Shown one piece after another: positions 37,999-44,164 of a stretch of 64,000 bases of DNA. The position numbers and the translations under genes are program-made. The stretch is taken from the IMG/VR virus record IMGVR_UViG_3300025121_000282, positions 62,001 to 126,000 of that record; one strand, given 5' to 3'. The notes beneath the pieces were generated by a model. That model was given only the letters and a program-made list of their open reading frames with translations. It had not been told where the DNA came from and made no database searches. Positions within the stretch are counted from its first letter, which is position 1. Each line of letters opens with the position of its first letter.

Positions 37999-38519
37999 GG
38001 ACTGTCACCCCTTCCTCAAGCAAGCTGCCTTGTAGGTGCATACTTGAGAATTTGGTCAGGCCCAGAGTTGGAACCTGTGACTCAAACAGCTAGCTAGGCC
38101 GTTAAAGTCAAGTACCCAATGGCGAAGCACATGCCATCAGGAGGGTGTGGAACCTGCTGTGCTAACAGGGCAGAGAACCGGGTCTGCGGACCGGTTCACA
38201 ATAGCCACTCATTTGAGCCTTAGGCTTTCGCCACGTAGTCCTGCCGGAAAGTCTCATGGGAAATGGCATCCCACTTTTCATCGTAGGTTGAAGTCCACGG
38301 CTTTGTCTTCCGATGCACCTTTTAGTGCTGAGGGCGGGTGACTCCCTTTCGGTCGTAAAAACCGAATCTTGCCAACACCAACATGGTTATTGCAACCCGC
38401 CCGAACACCCCATGCGGGGCTCAAATGCAGGGTGCTCTGCTATCAACCACTAAGCAGATTCCTGTGAGCGGAGTAGGCCTTTTAGTTGCCTAGTCCCGGC
38501 TTTTATACGGGACAGTCCC
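37999..38519 (-). ncRNA. candidate large structured ncRNA (~520 nt)
   Basis: Terminal gggactgtc/gacagtccc pairing, about ten short internal hairpins, no credible ORF. Confidence 0.5.
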
Positions 38520-38527
38520 TAGGGGAA

Positions 38528-38992
38528 CTAAACCTTTGCAGTTCTGGCGCGCTTGAAACCTAGCAGGCTGATTTGATTGATCCTGGCCTTGTAAAGCACG
38601 CCACCACTCTCGCCACGAGCTTCCAGGAAAGCAATACCGGTGGCGACACTTTCAATCAGGGCATCCAATTCTATGTTCGATAAATGATCAGCCCGGTCAA
38701 ACCTTTCCCAGGCTTTTTTGACGCTTTGATTGCTGATCATCTGCTTGGGGTTGGACACCTCAGCACGAATCAAATCATTGGTTTCCATAGTTCTTGTGTC
38801 ATTGCAATGTGAGAAGGCGTCTATTCGCTCCCTCAAGATCTCGCTGTACGCAGTCATATGGGTTATTTGGAGTACAATCCGCGCCCGTTCGTGTTCCTTG
38901 AGTTTGGAGAATATTTCATCGTTGATGAGAAAGGACAACTTGGCGATCCTTTTGTCTAGTTGTTCCTTCTCGTCCAAAATCTTCTCTATCAT
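38528..38992 (-). CDS. crAss001_48-like N-terminal domain fused to a repeated phage domain
   Basis: EKEQLDKRIAKL...QITHMTAYSEILRERI; C-terminal half similar to 40361-40582. Confidence 0.6.
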   Translation of the reverse strand: MIEKILDEKEQLDKRIAKLSFLINDEIFSKLKEHERARIVLQITHMTAYSEILRERIDAFSHCNDTRTMETNDLIRAEVSNPKQMISNQSVKKAWERFDRADHLSNIELDALIESVATGIAFLEARGESGGVLYKARINQISLLGFKRARTAKV

Positions 38993-39037
38993 CTGGGACT
39001 CCGTGGATATAAAAACCTAGACCTCAGGGGGCTGTAT

Positions 39038-39295
39038 TCAGACCTTCTCCATAGGCTCTACACCCCATCTACACTCCCCGTTCCCACTTTTTGATCTCAG
39101 TGAGAGTGTGGAAACCAACACCGGCTTGTCTTTCAGTGCGGCCAACTTGACTGCATGCTGAAAGCGAGCCATGAAGGGGGTGCTGTCATCCACCAGTTCC
39201 ACCTCAAACCCTGCGGCCTTTAAAGCCTCATTGATAATCAGGGCTATGGTGGTTTTACCCTCACCGGCCTCGCCTGAAATCTGTACCTTAAGCAT
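39038..39295 (-). CDS. small P-loop-containing protein
   Basis: ISGEAGEGKTT. Confidence 0.55.
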   Translation of the reverse strand: MLKVQISGEAGEGKTTIALIINEALKAAGFEVELVDDSTPFMARFQHAVKLAALKDKPVLVSTLSLRSKSGNGECRWGVEPMEKV

Positions 39296-39536
39296 CTGGA
39301 ACTCTTTCGAAAAACGATGGTTAGTGGGCTGAACTAGGAGACATCAACAGCCCCGTAGGAAGCACTCCTCAGTTTTAAAAAGGCGCGTTACGACAAGTTG
39401 GCACTCCAAGATGCGTACGCATTTGAAAACTAACCTGTCTTCCCTTTTGAAAAAGCACACCAGGAGGGACTCGAATAGAGTGGTAATCTTTTTACAGTTC
39501 ACTCTATTCAACCCCTATCAGCTTGTGGACCTGGAA

Positions 39537-40062
39537 ATGAAACTCACTAATTGTACTAACTGTGGTGACTCCACCACAAATCCAAGATTTTGTTCTAACT
39601 CGTGTTCGGCATCATGGGGCAACAAACTAAAGCCCCCATGTCCCAATGAAGAAGAAATGTAAACGTTGTGAAGTTATTATTCCCAGCAGAATAACTTATT
39701 GCACCAAATGTCAAGACCACTTTAAATCAAATACTAAGCGATGGAAAAACGAAACACTGGGTACACTACAGGCACGCCGAGTGTATCAGTCCAACTCACA
39801 AATTCGAGATGATGCTCGTGTGGTAGTGGACAAGCAGGGGTGGGTCAAATGCTGTGCGGTGTGTGAGTACTCTTTACACGTGCAAGTGTGTCACGTTAAA
39901 GCCATCAAAGACCACACGCCAGACACTATTATCTCGGCGATAAATGACCCATCCAACCTGATTTTGTTGTGTTCCAACCACCACTGGGAATTTGACCATG
40001 GCCTCTTGGACATTAAAGAAATTCGTGCTAGGCAGGGATCGAACCTGCGACCACTCGCTTAG
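39537..40062 (+). pseudogene. HNH endonuclease with N-terminal Zn finger, frameshifted at a C5 run (~39633)
   Basis: MKLTNCTNCG...FCSNSCS in one frame, then KKKCKRC...HVQVCH...NLILLCSNHHWEFD; 3' end overlaps tRNA-Arg. Confidence 0.75.
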
Positions 40063-40311
40063 CTTACCACTATAACTTTCGTTACTCTCTTGTGGAGATT
40101 TGTGGCCTGGACTTTGTCTTCACCCGTTCTGGGTGGCCCCCGTCAAGTCTCTACACCTTTTCCCGTTTAATAGGGAACTTGGCTCGGCGTTGTCTCGCTT
40201 CTTTTGAAGGAAGCAGGGAGTTCACCGAATTTGAGGGCATTCACACTAGACATTCCTATCTAGGTGCTCCTATTTCAAAGGCGAGCGCTCTATCCGCTGA
40301 GCTACTAGCAC
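40024..40311 (-). tRNA. trnR: tRNA-Arg(UCU), interrupted by group I intron
   Basis: Exons 40278-40311 and 40024-40062 give loop CU-UCU-AA; A20, G73; no CCA. Confidence 0.9.
40063..40277 (-). ncRNA. group I intron (IC3-like), 215 nt, in tRNA-Arg(UCU) after U34
   Basis: Same P/Q/R/S blocks as the Leu intron; terminal G; covarying P3. Confidence 0.9.
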
Positions 40312-40360
40312 ACAAAATCAATTTGAAAATAGTTACTAGGGAACAAAAGAAAGTTGAGTG

Positions 40361-40582
40361 TTACTCAAGTGGGTTTGGACGGATGGGTCCATCAGGGTCA
40401 TCATTAGTCCATCTAATTCTAGTCCTAAGGGCCTTTAGGTCTAATAAGGTCCTTTGGTCGGATTCGGCCTTATACAAAACACCACCCGTCTCACCCCGCG
40501 CTGATAGGAAAGTAACACCAGAATTGATACTGTCGATCAACTGATTGAGTTCAATGTCAGACAGGTCACCCCCCATGGTCAT
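40361..40582 (-). CDS. hypothetical protein (paralog of the 38528-38992 C-terminal domain)
   Basis: LSDIELNQLIDSINSGVTFLSARGETGGVLYKA. Confidence 0.6.
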   Translation of the reverse strand: MTMGGDLSDIELNQLIDSINSGVTFLSARGETGGVLYKAESDQRTLLDLKALRTRIRWTNDDPDGPIRPNPLE

Positions 40583-40772
40583 ACCTCAGCCATAACTGGT
40601 CTAATTCTGGTGTGGTTTCCATTCTCTGCTCCAAGAATTGAAAAATGGGCTACAAGTGAGTTGACGGTGATGTGACTATCGACCATCGAGCCGCGGCCTT
40701 ACCACAAGTAGGCCACACCGTGGGGACCGGGAGGCTTATACCTGCTTGTAACCCAAACTTTGATGAAAATTG

Positions 40773-40846
40773 TAGCCGCTGAGGGACTCGGACCCCCGAC
40801 ATCCTCCGTGTAGGGGAGGCACTCTAACCAACTGAGTTAAGCGGCC
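40773..40846 (-). tRNA. trnV: tRNA-Val(UAC), atypical C33
   Basis: Cloverleaf, loop CC-UAC-AC, T-loop UCCGAGU, A73, no CCA. Confidence 0.85.
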
Positions 40847-40853
40847 ACAGAAA

Positions 40854-41507
40854 CTATGTTTGAAGAATCTTGTCCCAACGCTCTGCTGCGTCTGGGGAAA
40901 TGGTTATTGCGTTCTTATACAAAGATGTTTCTTGCCAAGACCAAATATAACATGTGTCTGTGTACAAATCGTATGCAATAATAAAATCGAATTCATGGGA
41001 TTGGTATCTTTTACCCGGTTGTATCAGCTTGGTTTTGGCTAGAACTCTTGGGGCATGGATCAATCTAATAGCTGGCTGACCATGTCCCTTGTCTGACCTA
41101 GCAGTTTTAACTTGTACTTTCCATAGCTTATTAGTTTGGGGTAGGAACATTATTATGTCCACAGTGGCACAATCAAACACTGACTTGTATGTCTCAATAC
41201 CTCTAGCCAAAGCCCGCGCCATAACTGCACACTCTGACAAGCTTCCAATGTCACGACTAGTTAATTTAGCTCGGTCGATCGATTGGTGGAGCCAAGATTC
41301 CGTCCCACGTTCTTTTTTATTGCTGATTGTATGTGGGATGTGTTTGCTTTTTATCTCAGTTTCAGTGAGTGGGTGGTCTCTCAATAGTGCACTAAGTGCT
41401 CCCTTGGAAACCCCAGTCAGGCCCCTAATCTCATTAAGGGACCTACGTTCATCAGTCCTAAGACGCAGGCACTCGGCTCTAAGACTCTCATCTAAACGTG
41501 TAGCCAT
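40854..41507 (-). CDS. free-standing PD-(D/E)XK endonuclease (I-Ssp6803I/PDDEXK_5-like) with N-terminal HTH
   Basis: GSLSECAVMARAL...VDII...KVQVKT; N-terminal RSLNEIRGLTGVSKGALSALL. Confidence 0.75.
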   Translation of the reverse strand: MATRLDESLRAECLRLRTDERRSLNEIRGLTGVSKGALSALLRDHPLTETEIKSKHIPHTISNKKERGTESWLHQSIDRAKLTSRDIGSLSECAVMARALARGIETYKSVFDCATVDIIMFLPQTNKLWKVQVKTARSDKGHGQPAIRLIHAPRVLAKTKLIQPGKRYQSHEFDFIIAYDLYTDTCYIWSWQETSLYKNAITISPDAAERWDKILQT

Positions 41508-41521
41508 GTGAACCCTCGTAG

Positions 41522-41563
41522 TAGTTCACATGAACTATAACACAAGTATTGACACTTGCACAA
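41522..41563 (-). promoter_or_regulatory. putative sigma70-like promoter with overlapping palindromic operator
   Basis: TTGTGC-18 bp-TATAGT with TGn extension; TAGTTCA-CA-TGAACTA palindrome at 41522-41537. Confidence 0.35.
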
Positions 41564-41669
41564 TTAAGTATCCCTATTGGGTTGTCAAAGACACCATTTT
41601 GCGTTTGAGCTTAATAAGACCGCTAGTGAGGCCCTTGAAAATCAGTGTGTAAGAGTGTAGGAACAGTCG

Positions 41670-41972
41670 TGCGCCCACCTGGACTTGAACCAGGAACCGT
41701 GGCGTTATGCAATCCACTTCGGCTTTCGCCGCTCTTCCGTTGCTGAAAGATTTGTGGTCTGGACTATCCCTTAACCGTGTTCCTTTATCGGAATTTAGGT
41801 TCTCCGTGTCTAGTCTCTACACCTTCCCTTTGCTTAAAGGGCTTGGCTCGGGATTGGCATCAGCATAACCTGTTAAGCGTTCCCCGAATTTACGGAGTTG
41901 TCACGCAAAAGTTTCCTTTTGCGCAGCCCTTAAACTCAAGCACCCCGCTCTGACCATTTGAGCTATGGGCGC
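41670..41972 (-). tRNA. tRNA(CAU), elongator Met or Ile2, interrupted by group I intron
   Basis: Exons 41939-41972 and 41670-41709; loop CU-CAU-AA; G1-C72 paired; no initiator GGG/CCC. Confidence 0.88.
41710..41938 (-). ncRNA. group I intron (IC3-like), 229 nt, after U33 of tRNA(CAU)
   Basis: AAATTCGGGGAA, CCCGAGCCAAG, GAAGGTGTAGAGACT, GATAGTCCA; P3 CTCCGT/ACGGAG; terminal G. Confidence 0.9.
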
Positions 41973-42207
41973 AAAAGTCCCTACACTCTTACACACCTGA
42001 TTTTTCACAGATCCCAATCAATTATTTAGGGAGTGGCACCACCCCGGTGTCAGGATTTCAGCAATGTTAGAACCGGGTCATTATAGCTGAACCTGTAGTG
42101 CGGGCCAGTTATAACCCTGTCACCTGCGTCAGTCCGAGGGGGTCAGGAACTCCTGGAGCAGCATTTCGCCCGGATTGACAAGAATTCGGTTCTTCGGGAG
42201 CATCGTT

Positions 42208-42504
42208 TCACCCATCGGCCTGGAACACCTTGATGTGTTCCAATTGCTCCGATGACACGTCCCGTTGGACTTCCAGGTCAAAGCGGGTCTGCAGGCTCAT
42301 CCAGAACTCAGCCGTCGTTCCGAAGAACTTAGCCAGACGCAAGGCCGTGTCCGCCGTGGTGCCACGTTTGCCGTGGACGATCTCGTTGATCCTCACAGGC
42401 GGCACACCAATGTCCTTGGAGAGCCTGTACTGGCTGATGGCCAGGGGCTTCAGGAAATCCTCATCGAGGACCTCACCAGGATGAATCGGATCAAGCCTAT
42501 CCAT
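42208..42504 (-). CDS. higA: HigA-family antitoxin (XRE HTH)
   Basis: PIHPGEVLDEDFLKPL...RINEIVHGKRG...ALRLAKFFGTTAEFWMSLQ. Confidence 0.92.
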   Translation of the reverse strand: MDRLDPIHPGEVLDEDFLKPLAISQYRLSKDIGVPPVRINEIVHGKRGTTADTALRLAKFFGTTAEFWMSLQTRFDLEVQRDVSSEQLEHIKVFQADG

Positions 42505-42534
42505 GGTTCATCTCCTGAACGCAGAGCGTGCGGG

Positions 42535-42680
42535 TCACGAGTGGTAGTCCACGAGTTCAAGGTCCTCCACCCCGTCGTTCCACACGAAGCAGAACCTCCC
42601 CTGGTCGTTGATGCGGACGCTATACTGACCGGCCCGATCCCCTTGAGGGCTTCGAGTCGGTTCCCCGGAAGGGCCCTAAC
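42535..42680 (-). pseudogene. higB: HigB toxin remnant (5'-truncated, frameshifted)
   Basis: PGNRLEALKG / DRAGQYSVRINDQGRFCFVWNDG...ELVDYH across a 1-nt shift. Confidence 0.85.
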
Positions 42681-42744
42681 TGGAGATGGGCCATTTCTTG
42701 CTTCTATCTATTTCACCCACCACTTGGTCCAGTCAATCAGTGAT

Positions 42745-43230
42745 TCACACCCAAAGAAATCCGGATGCAGTCCAATCTCTACATAGTGCCCCATCGCGCT
42801 TAGGCCACACCTCAATTGCCGAAGTTTTGAGATTGAACGTTACTGAACCAGCCAACATATCTTGGTATCCGTTGGGGAATTCAACAGCAAGGTTCACCAC
42901 TCTCCTAAACTCTTGATGGGTTCCAGGATAGACTATGGCATGAACCCCATTACCCACAAACTTGAGCTTGAACCATTGTGTTTCCCACAATAGGTTGGCC
43001 CACTCAGATTCCACCTCAAATAGGTGGTCTTTTAGATAACTCCTAAGTGGGTTTAGCACACTGGCTGAGACCTTACCCTCCGGTTCGAAAACCCTCTTAC
43101 CTTTGTTTTCGAGCCACACCTTGTGATGAACGTTCTTAGGTGCCACCACCTGAAGGTGCATTCGTGGGTCCTCACGTGTGTAAAACCCCCAGTCCAGGCC
43201 ATTCGGCGTGTCTCGCACTATTGTAGGCAT
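42745..43230 (-). CDS. possible DUF4160-DUF2442 (toxin-antitoxin) fusion protein
   Basis: MPTIVR...FYTREDPRMHLQV...KVWLE N-terminal half; FPNG...IEVWP..D C-terminal half. Confidence 0.45.
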   Translation of the reverse strand: MPTIVRDTPNGLDWGFYTREDPRMHLQVVAPKNVHHKVWLENKGKRVFEPEGKVSASVLNPLRSYLKDHLFEVESEWANLLWETQWFKLKFVGNGVHAIVYPGTHQEFRRVVNLAVEFPNGYQDMLAGSVTFNLKTSAIEVWPKRDGALCRDWTASGFLWV

Positions 43231-43529
43231 TGCCACCACAGTACGTAACACAGCTGACACTTTGTCGGTCATCGGACTGCACCTTGGGGTCTTTGTGAGA
43301 AATTGTCTGGGGCTTTCAGTGGGGCATCCCTCAGACTTTATCTTGTCCCACTATCAGACCAGCAGCGAGTGGCGACCCTGGTCACGTTCAATTTAAGCCA
43401 CCATCACCAAGTCTTTGCTTGGAGTCATCATGAGGCATTTGCTAGCAAGCTTCTGACGGGCTTTCCTCATGAGCCAGAATTGAAAGCAGACGTTTGGCAC
43501 TTGGTCTGCAAGCAAGCCCTAGAACGCTA

Positions 43530-43920
43530 AGTGACTAGACCTAGCGGACGCCACAACTTCTTGATGGTGTGTCATTACACCAACCCTCCATCAAGAAGTT
43601 GAAGGCGGATGCGCTCAACCTGAATTGAGACGAGTTGCGATTGGGCATCTCTCGCACCCGCAATCTTTAGATGGCCGCTGATGAGGTCAACAGCTTCCTC
43701 TTTAGACTCCACTTTTAAGGAGTGGAGTCAGTGCCGTCAGCCCGGCTTTTGAGTACTGGTTGTGAACCTGGGAGGGAAACCAGTACTCGCGGTGTGACTG
43801 GTGTGGAATCGGATACCACCCTTGTCTTCGCTACTCGTCCCAGGGTAGTTTATGGCCACCCTGCTCTCACCGAGTTCCGTTACAGGACCCACCACAGGCC
43901 CTGATCGAAATTGTAGTCTC
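43530..43920. ncRNA. candidate large structured ncRNA with kissing-loop potential
   Basis: Perfect 14-, 9- and 11-bp hairpins; loop cctggga complementary to loop tcccagg. Confidence 0.45.
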
Positions 43921-44164
43921 TAGCACTTAGCTCTTCACTAACGTGGGAACTGTGCTGCGGTTACAATGCCGTTATGGACTCTCAACCCGAGACTATAAGT
44001 TGAGCACCCTGGCCTTATAACATCGTTACTCAAAAGACCAGCAAAGGTAACGAAGTCCTCCTTGTCACGGGAGGCGTCAAGAATTGATTGAGAAGGAGCC
44101 AATCGACGAGACCACTCTACAATCACCGTGGTCTACAGGATTATTACACAGACCAGATGCCCCG

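Larger units (their letters stand above)
41638..42004. repeat. 24/25-bp inverted repeat flanking the intron-containing CAU tRNA
   Basis: aaaatcagtgtgtaagagtgtagg (41638-41661) vs cctacactcttacacacctgatttt (41980-42004), one bulge. Confidence 0.85.

Noticed and set aside
37965-38020. RNase P RNA (GGAAAGTAC and GTAACGCCTGGG on the - strand resemble rnpB segments)
   Set aside because: The matching P4 3' strand and CR-V were not found at the expected distance, and the motifs are short.
37837-43716. Recurring CCACTTTT motif in candidate ncRNAs
   Set aside because: The 8-mer also occurs inside coding regions (for example ~36753, ~39085, ~59478), so it is not clearly enriched.
43530-43920. tmRNA
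   Set aside because: The 5' GGTCCTGTAACGG resemblance is weak, and there is no 3' T-arm/CCA end or tag frame ending in Ala-Ala-stop.
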